A stretch of 64,000 bases of DNA, from the NCBI GenBank assembly GCA_016871275.1, contig VFZG01000001.1, positions 42,334-106,333 on the forward strand, written 5' to 3'. Below, in pieces: positions 18,974 to 28,796 of the stretch (position 1 is its first letter; each line of letters opens with the position of its first letter). Both the position numbers and the translations under genes were made by a program. The stretch comes from Acidimicrobiia bacterium (GTDB lineage Bacteria > Acidobacteriota > Vicinamibacteria > Vicinamibacterales > UBA2999). The notes beneath the pieces were generated by a model, which was not told the origin of the DNA, ran no database searches, and saw only the letters and a list, made by a program, of their open reading frames with translations.

Positions 18974-20353
18974 ATGCCCAGCCACAAGCGTCATGGATCC
19001 CACCGCGGTGGCGGTGGGAAACAGCCACCCCCGCAGCCCGACGTTGCCGTTGAAGCCGCTGAACTGCAGCAGCAGGAAAGCCAGCAAGGCCGGAAGCCCG
19101 GCCTGAACATCACCGACCTGAAGGAGATGACCATCCAGCATCTGACCCAGGTCGCCAAGGACCTCGAGGTCCTTGGCGCCACCGGCATGCGCAAACAGGA
19201 GTTGATCTTCCAGATTCTCAAAGCGCAAACCGAGCAGAGCGGCTTCATCTTCTCGGAGGGCGTGCTCGAGGTGCTGCCGGATGGCTTCGGATTCCTCCGT
19301 GCCCCTGACTACAACTACCTGCCCGGCCCCGACGACATCTACGTGTCACCCTCGCAAATCCGCAGGTTCGATCTGCAGACCGGCGACACCGTCTCGGGGC
19401 AGATTCGCCCGCCGAAGGAAGGCGAGCGCTATTTCGCGCTGATCAAGGTCGAAGCCGTCAACTTCGAGGCGCCGGACCATGCTCGCGACAAGCTGTTCTT
19501 CGAGAACCTGACGCCGCTCTATCCGCTCGAGCGCCTCAAGCTCGAAACCGAGGCCGAGAACCTGTCGTCCCGCGTGATGGACCTGATGACGCCGCTCGGC
19601 AAGGGCCAGCGCGGACTGATCGTCGCGCCGCCGCGCACCGGCAAGACCATGTTGCTGCAGGCGATCGCCCAGTCGGTGGCCAGGAACCATCCCGAGGTGT
19701 ACCTGATCGTGCTGCTGATCGACGAGCGCCCGGAGGAAGTCACCGACATGCAGCGCTCGGTCGACGGCGAAGTCATCTCGTCGACCTTCGACGAGCCCGC
19801 GCAGCGCCACGTGCAGGTTGCCGAAATGGTGATCGAAAAGGCAAAGCGCCTCGTCGAGCACAAGAAGGACGTGCTGATCCTGCTCGACTCGATCACGCGG
19901 CTGGCGCGCGCCTACAACACGGTGATCCCGGCATCGGGCAAGGTGCTGTCCGGCGGTCTCGACAGCAACGCCCTGCAGAAGCCGAAGCGCTTCTTTGGCG
20001 CCGCCCGCAACATCGAAGAAGGCGGCTCGCTGACCATCGTCGCCACCGCGCTGATCGACACCGGCTCGCGCATGGACGATGTGATCTTCGAAGAGTTCAA
20101 GGGCACGGGCAACAGCGAGATCCATCTGGATCGCAAGCTGTCCGACAAGCGCACGTTCCCGGCGATCGACATCCAGAAGAGCGGCACTCGCAAGGAAGAG
20201 TTGTTGATCCCGAAGGACGATCTCAACCGCATCTGGGTACTGCGCAAGGTGCTGAATCCGCTGTCACCGGTCGAAGCGATGGAATTGCTCCTCGACAAGA
20301 TGGCGAAGACCAAGAACAACGCCGAGTTCCTGTCGGCAATGCAGAGGGGATAA
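18974..20353 (+). CDS. rho: Transcription termination factor Rho, with a ~45-aa basic Gly/Gln/Pro-rich N-terminal extension
   Basis: [15 protein letters not shown]-terminal helix bundle, RNA-binding domain (GFGFLR), Walker A PPRTGKT, and R-loop/Q-loop regions. Confidence 0.95.
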   Translation: MPSHKRHGSHRGGGGKQPPPQPDVAVEAAELQQQESQQGRKPGLNITDLKEMTIQHLTQVAKDLEVLGATGMRKQELIFQILKAQTEQSGFIFSEGVLEVLPDGFGFLRAPDYNYLPGPDDIYVSPSQIRRFDLQTGDTVSGQIRPPKEGERYFALIKVEAVNFEAPDHARDKLFFENLTPLYPLERLKLETEAENLSSRVMDLMTPLGKGQRGLIVAPPRTGKTMLLQAIAQSVARNHPEVYLIVLLIDERPEEVTDMQRSVDGEVISSTFDEPAQRHVQVAEMVIEKAKRLVEHKKDVLILLDSITRLARAYNTVIPASGKVLSGGLDSNALQKPKRFFGAARNIEEGGSLTIVATALIDTGSRMDDVIFEEFKGTGNSEIHLDRKLSDKRTFPAIDIQKSGTRKEELLIPKDDLNRIWVLRKVLNPLSPVEAMELLLDKMAKTKNNAEFLSAMQRG

Positions 20354-20593
20354 ATGGTCACGCTCAAGATTCGGCAGAACGGGTCGATCCTCGTCGAGGG
20401 CGAGGATGTAAAGCTGGTCGACTGGAACGGCAACGAGTATTACCTGCCCCAGAAGCCGTTCGCGCTGTGCCGCTGCGGCCAATCGAAGGAGCGGCCGTTC
20501 TGCGACAGCACGCACAAGCTGTGCGCCTTCCAGGCGGCCGAGCCGGCGCCGGGCCCGAGGGTGCCGCCACCGGACGCGCCGACGACCACCTAG
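20354..20593 (+). CDS. CDGSH iron-sulfur domain protein
   Basis: CRCGQSKERPFCDSTH matches the C-x-C-x2-S-x3-P-x-C-D-G/S-x-H pattern. Its ATG directly follows the rho TAA. Confidence 0.8.
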   Translation: MVTLKIRQNGSILVEGEDVKLVDWNGNEYYLPQKPFALCRCGQSKERPFCDSTHKLCAFQAAEPAPGPRVPPPDAPTTT

Positions 20594-20603
20594 GACTCGG
20601 CTG

Positions 20604-22436
20604 CTACAGCGTCGGAACCATCCACGGCACGACGTACGCCTGTAGCATCGCGAGCAGGCCCATGAGGGCCGTCAGGATCAGGCTGTGGACGATCACCCTC
20701 GAGAAGATTTCGCCCTCGCGGCCGACCGCTCCCACGCCGGCGGCGCCGACCGAGAGGTTCTGCGGGCTGATCATCTTGCCCATGACGCCCGCGGAGCTGT
20801 TGGTCGCGCCCATCAGGATGGGATCGAGCCCGGACACGCGGGCCGTCGTGGCCTGCAGCGGCCCGAACAACGTGTTCGATGACGTGTCGCTGCCGGTCAG
20901 GAACACGCCGAGCATTCCCAGCCAAGCGGAGAAGAACGGGAACAACCATCCGGTCGCCGCCAGCGCGAGCGCCATCGACGAGGTCATGCCCGAATAGTTC
21001 ATCACCGTCGCAATCGACAGGATGAAGGCAATCGTCACGATGGGAAGCCTCAATTGCGCCACGGTCTTCCCGAACGCGACTCCGAGGATGCCCGGCCGGC
21101 CGCCGGCCGCGACCATCGGAATCAGCGCGATGAGCGTCGCAAACAACACCAGCGTGCCCGCGGTCGCGAGGAAATCCAGCCGATACGTGAGCGGGTACGG
21201 CGACGTGGTCGCGACCACCGGCGCGCTGCGCTGCACTTTCCCGACCAGCTTGCCATCGATGGTGTTGTACGCGCCCGGCCAGCTGAACTCCCAGACCGGG
21301 AAACGGAAGCCTTGCGGATTCACCGCGGCGGGCTCACCAATCCACGGTTCGGGACACAGCCGGTTGCCAATCTGTCCGCAGCGCAACAACATCGTCACGT
21401 TGGCGGGGGGCTGCAGGTTCTGCATGCCGGCAAAGTTGCCCACCTGCCCGATCAGCACCGTGACAATGAGGATGCCGTAGGTCGCATAGGCGCGCCAGAT
21501 GCGACCGGACGTATCGACGATCGATTCGGTAACGACGGGCCGGCCGTCTAGGTAGCCGTCCTTGGGTTGCCAGAACTTGAGCAGCAGCGCCACGGCCGCC
21601 AGCGAGAGCAGCGCGGCCAGGGTGTCGGTGAGCTCCGGCCCCACGTAGTTCGAGACGAGGAACTGGCCAATCGCGAACGACACGCCGGCCATCAACACGG
21701 CGGGGAACACCGCCATCATCCGGCCCCAGCCGGCGTACAGCACCACCAGGTAGGCCGGGATGATCAGCGAGAAGAACGGCAGCTGGCGCCCGACCATGGA
21801 CGAGAGCGCCCGGGTAGTGGCCTGCACATCCTCCCCAAGCATCGGCGCCAGCAGGCCGCCGAGGGTGGTGACCGGAATGCCGAGCGAGCCGAACGCCACT
21901 GGCGCGGTGTTGGCGATGAGCGCCATGACCGCAGCGCTGATGGGTTCGAAGCCGAGCCCCGCGAGCATGGCGGCGGTAATCGCGACCGGCGCGCCGAACC
22001 CGGCGATGCCTTCAATCAACGCGCCGAAGCAGAAGGCGACCAGCAGGATCTGAATACGGCGATCGGTCGTCAACTTCGCCAGCGATCGCCGAATGACATC
22101 AAAGTCGCCGCTTTCAACCGACAGGTTGTAGAACATCACTGAGCTGAACACGATCCAGCAGATGGGCCACAATCCGAACGCCATGCCATGGGTCGCGGCG
22201 GCGACGGTCAAGCCAAACGGCATGCCCCACACGATCCAGGCCAGTACGAACGCGCTGACCGCGCCGACAATGGCCGACTTCCACGGCGCAATGCGCAGCA
22301 CGGCCAGGCAGATCGCGAGCAGGATGGGCGGCAGCGACGCAACGAGCGCCGACAGGAAAATGCTGCCGGCGACCGGGCTGTAGTTCTGGAAAAAGAGTTC
22401 AGGCACGGTGCCACTATACACGTGCCTGGCCGTCAC
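20604..22436 (-). CDS. L-lactate permease (LctP family)
   Basis: N-terminus FFQNYSPVAGSIFLSALVASLPPILL resembles the LctP/LldP start. Polytopic membrane protein of 610 aa. Confidence 0.85.
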   Translation of the reverse strand: MTARHVYSGTVPELFFQNYSPVAGSIFLSALVASLPPILLAICLAVLRIAPWKSAIVGAVSAFVLAWIVWGMPFGLTVAAATHGMAFGLWPICWIVFSSVMFYNLSVESGDFDVIRRSLAKLTTDRRIQILLVAFCFGALIEGIAGFGAPVAITAAMLAGLGFEPISAAVMALIANTAPVAFGSLGIPVTTLGGLLAPMLGEDVQATTRALSSMVGRQLPFFSLIIPAYLVVLYAGWGRMMAVFPAVLMAGVSFAIGQFLVSNYVGPELTDTLAALLSLAAVALLLKFWQPKDGYLDGRPVVTESIVDTSGRIWRAYATYGILIVTVLIGQVGNFAGMQNLQPPANVTMLLRCGQIGNRLCPEPWIGEPAAVNPQGFRFPVWEFSWPGAYNTIDGKLVGKVQRSAPVVATTSPYPLTYRLDFLATAGTLVLFATLIALIPMVAAGGRPGILGVAFGKTVAQLRLPIVTIAFILSIATVMNYSGMTSSMALALAATGWLFPFFSAWLGMLGVFLTGSDTSSNTLFGPLQATTARVSGLDPILMGATNSSAGVMGKMISPQNLSVGAAGVGAVGREGEIFSRVIVHSLILTALMGLLAMLQAYVVPWMVPTL

Positions 22437-22650
22437 GCCGAAACCGAGTCGGCGGAGGCGCCGGGGCCGGGGAGCCGTGCTCGGCCTTCTTCAGCGTGCC
22501 GCGAATGCTGGTGTCGTTGACGGACACCTCGGCCACCTGGCCGCCCCGCACCAGGGCCTTGAACGCACTGTAGGAGATCGGCCGCCCTGCCGGCGCCATG
22601 CAGGACGCCTGGCCAATGGCCAGCAGCGTCAACGCACCGCGAACGCCCAC
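22414..22650 (-). pseudogene. Possible 5' fragment of an ftsH-like gene (TM + FtsH_ext start)
   Basis: 78-aa GTG ORF with a hydrophobic start and PISYSAFKALVRGGQVAEVSVNDTSIRGTLKK, resembling the FtsH periplasmic N-domain (..YSeF...v..g.V..v.i). GC3 is high. The ORF runs into the lctP start and has no AAA or protease part. Confidence 0.3.
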
Positions 22651-22713
22651 TACAAGGCGGTGGGCTTGGCGGGCGGTGGACGGCGCTGCTTGCCGCCGGG
22701 CGGGAGCGTGGGA

Positions 22714-25260
22714 CTAGGCATGGACCGCGTGACCTTTCGCGAAACTCAACTCGTCTCCGGACACATCCACGGCGACCGTATCGCCTTCGCGGAACTCGCC
22801 TTCCAGCACCCGCAGCGCCAGCGGATCCAGCAACCGCCGCTGCAGGGCGCGCTTGAGCGGTCGCGCTCCGTACACCGGATCATACCCCTCGCGGACCAGG
22901 ACGTCCTTGGCCCGGTCGCTCAGCTCGACCGTGATCTTGCGATCCTCGAGCCGTGTCAGCAGCGCGCGCAGCTGGATCTCGATGATCTGCTTGATGTGCT
23001 CGCGCTCGAGCGAGTGGAAGAACACAATCTCGTCGATGCGGTTGATGAACTCCGGTCGGAAGTGTCCGCGCAGGGCGTCCTGGTCGCGCAGGTTGGACGT
23101 CATGATGATCGCGGCGTTGGTGAAGTCGACCACCCGGCCCTTGCCGTCGGTCAGACGTCCGTCATCGAGCAGCTGGAGCATGACGTTCAGCACCTCGGGA
23201 TGCGCCTTCTCGATTTCGTCGAACAGCACGACGGCGTACGGTCGCCGGCGAACCGCTTCGGTGAGTTGCCCCGCCTCGTCGTAGCCGACGTAGCCCGGCG
23301 GCGCACCGATCATGCGCGACACCGTGTGCTTCTCCTGGTATTCCGACATGTCAATCCGGATCATCGCCTGCTCATCGTCGAACAGAAACCCCGCGAGCGC
23401 GCGGGCGAGTTCCGTCTTGCCGACGCCGGTCGGACCAAGGAAGATGAAGCTGCCCAGCGGTCGATTCGGATCCTGCAGGCCGGCCCGCGCCCGGCGAATG
23501 GCGTTGGCGACCGCACCAATCGCGGCATCCTGTCCGACCACGCGGTGGTGCAGGCGCTCTTCCATCTTGAGGAGCTTCTGGATTTCACCTTCCATCAGCC
23601 GGCTCACGGGAATGCCCGTCCACTTACCGACGACTTCGGCAATGTCTTCTTCGTCGACTTCCTCCTTCAGCATGCTCTTGGTCCGCTGCAGCTCCTGGAG
23701 GCGAGCTTCCTGGTTCCTGATTTCCGCTTCGAGGGCGGGCACCTGGCCGTACTGCAACTCCGAGGCCTTGGCGTAGTCGCCGGCCCGCTGGGCCTGTTCG
23801 ACCTGGCGCTTGACCTGCTCGAGCTGCTGTTTGGTGTCCCGCGACTTCTGGATTGACGCCTTCTCCTGTTCCCAGTGCGAACGCAGGGCGGCCGACTGCT
23901 CCTTGAGGTCGGCGATCTCCTGTTCGAGCTTCTGCAGGCGATCGCGCGATGCCTCGTCCTTCTCCTTGCGCAGCGCTTCGCGCTCGATCTCGAGCTGCAT
24001 GGTGCGCCGCTGCGCCTCGTCGAGCTCCACCGGCAGCGAGTCGATCTCCATGCGCAGCTTCGAGGCCGCTTCGTCCATCAGGTCAATCGCCTTGTCAGGC
24101 AGGAAACGGTCGGAGATGTAGCGATGCGAGAGTACCGCGGCCGCCACCAGCGCGGCGTCTTTGAACGTCACGCCGTGATGAATCTCGTAGCGCTCGCGCA
24201 GTCCGCGCAGGATGCTGATCGTGTCTTCAACGCTCGGCTCGCCAACCGTCACCGGCTGAAAGCGCCGCTCCAGCGCCGCGTCCTTTTCGATGTGCTTCTG
24301 GTATTCGTTCAGCGTCGTCGCGCCGATGGTGTGCAGTTCGCCGCGCGCCAGCATCGGCTTGAGCATGTTGGACGCATCGAGCGAGCCTTCCGACGCGCCG
24401 GCACCCACCACCGTGTGCAGCTCGTCGATGAACAGCACGATCTGGCCGGCGGAGTCGACCACTTCCTTCAGCACCGCCTTGAGGCGGTCTTCGAACTCGC
24501 CGCGATACTTCGCGCCGGCGATCAGGGCACCCATGTCGAGCGTGACGATCTGCTTGTCCTTCAGCCCCTCGGGTACGTCGCCGCGAACGATGCGCTGGGC
24601 CAGCCCCTCGACGATGGCGGTCTTGCCGACGCCCGGTTCACCGATCAACACGGGATTGTTCTTGGTGCGGCGGGAGAGCACCTGGATGACGCGGCGGACT
24701 TGTTCGTCGCGCCCGATCACCGGATCGAGCTTGCCCCGGCGCGCCAGCTCAGTCAGATCGCGGCCGTACTTCTGCAGCGCCTCGTACTTGCCCTCCGGAT
24801 TCTGGTCGGTCACGCGCTGCGATCCGCGGACCGATGCCAGTGTCTCGAGGACGCGCTCGCGCGTCACCCCGCGCAGCTCGAGCAGGTCGAGCGCCGGCCA
24901 GCGCCCGGGTTCGGCCAGCAGGCCGAGCAGCAGGTGCTCGGTGCTGACGAACTCGTCCCGCATGCCCTTGGCTTCGGCCTGCGCCGCGTCGAGCACGACC
25001 CGCAGGCGAGGGGAGAGGGGCGGCTCCGAGCCGCCATGCGCCTTCGGCTGCCTGCCGAGTTGTTCGCGCATCGCCGTGGCGATATCCGTCGGCTGGCTGT
25101 TCATCTTGCGCAGCACGCTCGGCACCACCCCGTCCTGCTGCTCGGCGAGCGTCACGAGCAGATGCTCGGGCTCCACCTGGGCGTGACGCAGCTCCGACGC
25201 CAGCTGCGGTGACGCGACGACGGCTTCCTGCGCCTTTTCGGTGAACTTGTTGAGATTCAT
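22714..25260 (-). CDS. clpB: ATP-dependent chaperone ClpB
   Basis: Clp N-domain, two AAA+ modules ([16 protein letters not shown]) and a long coiled-coil middle domain; 848 aa. Confidence 0.97.
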   Translation of the reverse strand: MNLNKFTEKAQEAVVASPQLASELRHAQVEPEHLLVTLAEQQDGVVPSVLRKMNSQPTDIATAMREQLGRQPKAHGGSEPPLSPRLRVVLDAAQAEAKGMRDEFVSTEHLLLGLLAEPGRWPALDLLELRGVTRERVLETLASVRGSQRVTDQNPEGKYEALQKYGRDLTELARRGKLDPVIGRDEQVRRVIQVLSRRTKNNPVLIGEPGVGKTAIVEGLAQRIVRGDVPEGLKDKQIVTLDMGALIAGAKYRGEFEDRLKAVLKEVVDSAGQIVLFIDELHTVVGAGASEGSLDASNMLKPMLARGELHTIGATTLNEYQKHIEKDAALERRFQPVTVGEPSVEDTISILRGLRERYEIHHGVTFKDAALVAAAVLSHRYISDRFLPDKAIDLMDEAASKLRMEIDSLPVELDEAQRRTMQLEIEREALRKEKDEASRDRLQKLEQEIADLKEQSAALRSHWEQEKASIQKSRDTKQQLEQVKRQVEQAQRAGDYAKASELQYGQVPALEAEIRNQEARLQELQRTKSMLKEEVDEEDIAEVVGKWTGIPVSRLMEGEIQKLLKMEERLHHRVVGQDAAIGAVANAIRRARAGLQDPNRPLGSFIFLGPTGVGKTELARALAGFLFDDEQAMIRIDMSEYQEKHTVSRMIGAPPGYVGYDEAGQLTEAVRRRPYAVVLFDEIEKAHPEVLNVMLQLLDDGRLTDGKGRVVDFTNAAIIMTSNLRDQDALRGHFRPEFINRIDEIVFFHSLEREHIKQIIEIQLRALLTRLEDRKITVELSDRAKDVLVREGYDPVYGARPLKRALQRRLLDPLALRVLEGEFREGDTVAVDVSGDELSFAKGHAVHA

Positions 25261-25265
25261 GGTCT

Positions 25266-26270
25266 TCAGCTCTTCGCTTTGGTGTGTTGACTGCCGCGGA
25301 GCGCTTCATAATGCGCCCGCTCTTCCTCTGACAACTGCTTCGGAATATCGATTTCGATGCTGGCGTACAGATCACCTCGCTCGTCGAACTGACCGACGCT
25401 CGGCAACCCATGGCCGCGCAACCTGAAACGCTGGCCGCTTTGTGTCCCGGCCGGCAGCTTCAATCGCAGCGTCTTCTTCTCTAGTGTGACGACGTCCACT
25501 TCGCCGCCGAGCACGGCCGTCGTCACCGGGACGCGCGCCCTGGTGTACAGGTCGCGGCCCTTCACGCCGAACACCGGGTGCGGCTTCAACTGCACCCGCA
25601 AGTACAGGTCACCGCTCGGACCGGCGCCGGCCCCGCGTCCGCCTTCGCCGGCGACGCGCACGCGCGAGCCGTCGGTTACACCTGCGGGTATGCGCACCTC
25701 GACGCTGCGCGCGTGGCCGTCGTGGCGCAACTGCAGCCGCTGCACGCAGCCGCGCATCGCGTCCTCGAGGTCAAGCTCGAACGGATGCTCCACGTCCTGG
25801 CCCTTGCGGCTTCTCGGCCGCGCCCGGCCGCCGCGCGCGCCGGTGGGCTCCTCGGCGTCCATGCCGCCGAAGAACGTCTTGAAGAAATCCGAGAACGGGC
25901 TGTCGCCGCCGGCGCCGAACATGTCCTCCATCTGTTCCTGGGTCATGGTGCGAAAGCCGCCCTGCCTGCCCTGAGCGGGGTCGAAGGGCCCGCCGCCGTG
26001 CCACTGGCCGCCGAACGGATTCGCGCCCGGCGGCGCGTTTTCATAGGCTCGCCAGTTGGCGCCCAGCTCGTCGTATTTCTTCCGCTTCTGCGGATCGCTC
26101 AGGACCTCGTTGGCCTCGTTGACTTCCTTGAACTTCGCCTCGGCGCCCTTGTCACCCGGATTCACGTCAGGGTGGAACTTGCGGGCCAGCTTGCGAAAGG
26201 CCTGCTTGATGTCCTTGTCGGTGGCCGTCTTGGAGACGCCGAGCGTGGAGTAGTAGTCCTTGAAGTCCAC
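25266..26270 (-). CDS. J-domain co-chaperone without zinc-finger region (CbpA-type DnaJ)
   Basis: [32 protein letters not shown]-domain, G/F-rich linker, no CxxCxGxG repeats, and DnaJ C-terminal domains. Confidence 0.85.
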   Translation of the reverse strand: MDFKDYYSTLGVSKTATDKDIKQAFRKLARKFHPDVNPGDKGAEAKFKEVNEANEVLSDPQKRKKYDELGANWRAYENAPPGANPFGGQWHGGGPFDPAQGRQGGFRTMTQEQMEDMFGAGGDSPFSDFFKTFFGGMDAEEPTGARGGRARPRSRKGQDVEHPFELDLEDAMRGCVQRLQLRHDGHARSVEVRIPAGVTDGSRVRVAGEGGRGAGAGPSGDLYLRVQLKPHPVFGVKGRDLYTRARVPVTTAVLGGEVDVVTLEKKTLRLKLPAGTQSGQRFRLRGHGLPSVGQFDERGDLYASIEIDIPKQLSEEERAHYEALRGSQHTKAKS

Positions 26271-26271
26271 G

Positions 26272-26631
26272 TCAGGCCTCGTCGTCGAGATCCAGTCCGA
26301 GCATCGCCGCCAGGCGGTCCATCTCCCTCAGCAGCCGCCGGCGCGTGGCGTCGCGCTGCACCGCCGCGGGCTGGACCAGCGGACGGATCCGCTGCATCGC
26401 CTCGGCGACGGACAACAACTGCTGGACGCCGGCCAGATTGACCCCTGACTCATCGACCAGCCGCTTGATGAAGCGCAGCCGCTCGATCTCGTCGCGCGAG
26501 TAGAGCCGCATGCTGCCCACGGTGCGCGCCGGGCGCACCAGCCCGAGGCGCTCGTACTTCCGAAGCGTCTGCGGGTGCATCCCGAGGATCCGGGCCGCGT
26601 CCGAGATGAACATCAACTCCCAGGTTGACAC
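26272..26631 (-). CDS. hspR: HspR-type MerR-family heat-shock repressor
   Basis: [62 protein letters not shown] aligns closely with my recollection of Streptomyces HspR. The start is either GTG 26631 or ATG 26613, which is preceded by GGGAG. Confidence 0.85.
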   Translation of the reverse strand: MSTWELMFISDAARILGMHPQTLRKYERLGLVRPARTVGSMRLYSRDEIERLRFIKRLVDESGVNLAGVQQLLSVAEAMQRIRPLVQPAAVQRDATRRRLLREMDRLAAMLGLDLDDEA

Positions 26632-26637
26632 GTTTCA

Positions 26638-26666
26638 AGGATACCAGTTGATACGATACGTATCAA
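26638..26666 (-). promoter_or_regulatory. Candidate sigma-70 promoter of the hspR operon
   Basis: On the gene strand: TTGATA (26666..26661), 17 nt, TATCCT (26643..26638). Confidence 0.45.
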
Positions 26667-26668
26667 CT
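26646..26668 (-). promoter_or_regulatory. HAIR-like operator (perfect inverted repeat)
   Basis: AGTTGATACG-ATA-CGTATCAACT, equivalently GTTGATA-N7-TATCAAC. Compare the HspR operator CTTGAGT-N7-ACTCAAG. Confidence 0.5.
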
Positions 26669-26727
26669 TAGGGAGGGGTCGGGCTGCGGGCTACGGGAAG
26701 GACAGAACCGAGTTCTCTGGCCAGCGG

Positions 26728-26973
26728 CTACTGGCCACTCTGCTGGCGGGTGGCGGGGACGGCCTTGATGAGTTCTTCGGGCATGGCCGGCATTTCGTCG
26801 CTCATCTCGTCGCAGGCGATCTTTCCGGCCTTGATGGCCACTTCGTACTGCACCATGTGGTGGTGGCAGTTCTTGCACTTGCCGAGGTGGAGCTCGAAGT
26901 GGGTGCGGGTCTCCACCGGGAGTTCACCGCTCACGTAGTCGTTCAGGAATTCGGCGAGTTCCCGGCATTTCAT
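26728..26973 (-). CDS. Soluble zinc-binding anti-sigma factor (ZAS, RsrA-like)
   Basis: 81 aa with no TM helix. C3 and H29-x3-C33-x2-C36 (HLGKCKNC). ATGA overlap with the upstream sigma ORF. Confidence 0.7.
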   Translation of the reverse strand: MKCRELAEFLNDYVSGELPVETRTHFELHLGKCKNCHHHMVQYEVAIKAGKIACDEMSDEMPAMPEELIKAVPATRQQSGQ

Positions 26974-27266
26974 GAGGCAGCACTCCCGAAGTGGCGGGCC
27001 AGCAGCGTCCGCAGCGCCTGACGGGCGCGATGCAGCCAGGTTGAGAGCTTGGCGTGGCCTTCACAGCGATCGAGGCTGCGAAACGCGCTCATGAACGCGT
27101 CCTGCACGACGTCGCGGGCGTCTTCCTCGGACCCGACGATACGACGCGCGACCGCCAGCAGCCGGCCGCCGCAGGCACGGACGACCTGCTCGACGGCGGC
27201 CTCGTCGCCGGCGCGCAACTGCCCGATGAGCGTTGCTTCATCGTCGACAGGAGTCGCACTGGCCAA
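26970..27266 (-). CDS. ECF sigma factor remnant: region 2 only (apparent in-frame internal deletion)
   Basis: 98 aa with a TTG start. Region 2 is present (EDARDVVQDAFMSAFRSL...LSTWLHR) and is fused directly to the C-terminal tail ARQALRTLLARHF. There is no region 4 HTH. Confidence 0.6.
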   Translation of the reverse strand: MASATPVDDEATLIGQLRAGDEAAVEQVVRACGGRLLAVARRIVGSEEDARDVVQDAFMSAFRSLDRCEGHAKLSTWLHRARQALRTLLARHFGSAAS

Positions 27267-27414
27267 CGATCGGGCCGATCACAGGGGCAGGGCCGAGCCG
27301 GCACTGCGGTCGCGGGATGGGCGGCGAGGCCCCGTTGCGCCCGGCAGGCCGATTGGTGACCATGCTGGCGAACGACCATACGTAATATGCTGGCCAGTCG
27401 TAGATCAGCTGCCC

Positions 27415-28659
27415 ATGCGAACATCGAAGACCGCTCTCACACTTTGTGCCGGCATCACGACGCTGGCGTTCACGCTCACCTCGATGTCGGCCGCCCCGAT
27501 GGTGAGGGCGACGCCCGAGTCCGTGGGGATGTCCGCGGATCGCCTGCAGCAGGCGACGGCGCTGCTGCGCCAGTACGTCGCCGATCGGAAGATTATCGGC
27601 GCGGTCGCCGCGGTCGCGCGGCGAGGCAAGCTCGTCTATCTTGAGCCGGTCGGACTCCAGAGCCTCGAAACGAAGGCTGCGATGACCGAGCGCTCGCTGT
27701 TCCGCATCTACTCGCAGACCAAGGCGGTCACCGCGGTCGCAGTCATGATGCTGAGCGATGAGGGCCGTCTCTCGATCGACGAGCCCGTGTCGAAGTACCT
27801 GCCCGAGTTCAGGAGTGCGATGGTGCGGGACGGCGGAACGGGCGCGCCCCGGCGGCCGTCGCGCGAGATCACGATTCGAGATCTGCTGCTGCACACCTCG
27901 GGGCTGAGTCATCGCACGTCGGATCTCTATCGGCGGCTGCAGGTTCGCTCCCGCGCGATTGCGCTGCCGCAGTTGGTGACCAACATCACGAAGGCCCCGC
28001 TGCTCGAGGACCCCGGCACGCGTTTCCGGTACAGCGAAGCCACGACCGTCCTCGGGCGGATCGTGGAAGTCGTCACGACGCGGAGCTTCGATGCGTTCGT
28101 GACGGCGCGCATCCTCGAGCCGCTGGGAATGGACGATACGGCCTTCTGGGTCGAGGGAGATGCGGTCGCCCGCCTCGTCACGGTGTATCAGCGCAGCCAG
28201 GACGGCACGGTGGCTCCGTTCGAGATCGAGGAGGTGCCCTTCACGCAGAAGCCCGCGCTGATGGAGGGAGCCGTGGGGCTCGTGTCGACCGCCGAGGACT
28301 TCCTGAAGTTCAGCCAGATGCTGCTGGGTCAGGGCCAGCTCAATGGCGTCCGGTTGCTGAAAGCCGACACCGTGGCCGCCATCACCGCCAACGGGCTGCC
28401 AGACGCGGTGCTCCTCACGAAGGGCAACGGCGCGGTGGGCTGGGGCCTGGCCAACGTCGACGTGGTGGTGAAGCCTGGTTCGCGCGGCTATCTCACAAAC
28501 GTCGGTGAATACGGGTGGGACGGCTCCGCCGGGACGTTCTTCGCCGTTGATCCCTCGCGGGAGCTGGTCGTCGCACTGATGACGCAGAACCTGCCAGCCA
28601 ACCCCGATGGTTTGCGTCAGAAGTTCAAGGCAGCGGTTCTGCAATCGATCGTTGAATGA
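27415..28659 (+). CDS. Serine hydrolase, beta-lactamase/PBP4-like family (exported)
   Basis: Signal peptide MRTSKTALTLCAGITTLAF and SxxK motif SQTK. Start at ATG 27415 inside the longer track ORF. Confidence 0.85.
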   Translation: MRTSKTALTLCAGITTLAFTLTSMSAAPMVRATPESVGMSADRLQQATALLRQYVADRKIIGAVAAVARRGKLVYLEPVGLQSLETKAAMTERSLFRIYSQTKAVTAVAVMMLSDEGRLSIDEPVSKYLPEFRSAMVRDGGTGAPRRPSREITIRDLLLHTSGLSHRTSDLYRRLQVRSRAIALPQLVTNITKAPLLEDPGTRFRYSEATTVLGRIVEVVTTRSFDAFVTARILEPLGMDDTAFWVEGDAVARLVTVYQRSQDGTVAPFEIEEVPFTQKPALMEGAVGLVSTAEDFLKFSQMLLGQGQLNGVRLLKADTVAAITANGLPDAVLLTKGNGAVGWGLANVDVVVKPGSRGYLTNVGEYGWDGSAGTFFAVDPSRELVVALMTQNLPANPDGLRQKFKAAVLQSIVE

Positions 28660-28739
28660 ACGGCCAGACCCATGTCTTCCACACCGGACATCCGGACATC
28701 CCGCAGGACATGATGGAGAGGGCGACTCTGAAACCGTGA
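28656..28739 (+). CDS. Candidate 27-aa micro-ORF coupled to the hydrolase gene (or gene remnant)
   Basis: ATG 28656 overlaps the hydrolase stop (ATGA). Peptide MNGQTHVFHTGHPDIPQDMMERATLKP. GC3 is 22/27 by my count. Confidence 0.25.
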   Translation: MNGQTHVFHTGHPDIPQDMMERATLKP

Positions 28740-28796
28740 CCGCCGTCGCTTGCAATCCGGTGTTCAGCCACAATCCCGACTTGTTCTGGGACTTAG

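Noticed and set aside
26704-26716. AGAAC-CGA-GTTCT palindrome as a Cheo-type LexA box or as a terminator.
   Set aside because: The spacer is 3 nt rather than 4, and there is no U-run. It lies just after the anti-sigma stop and upstream of the much stronger HAIR-like palindrome.
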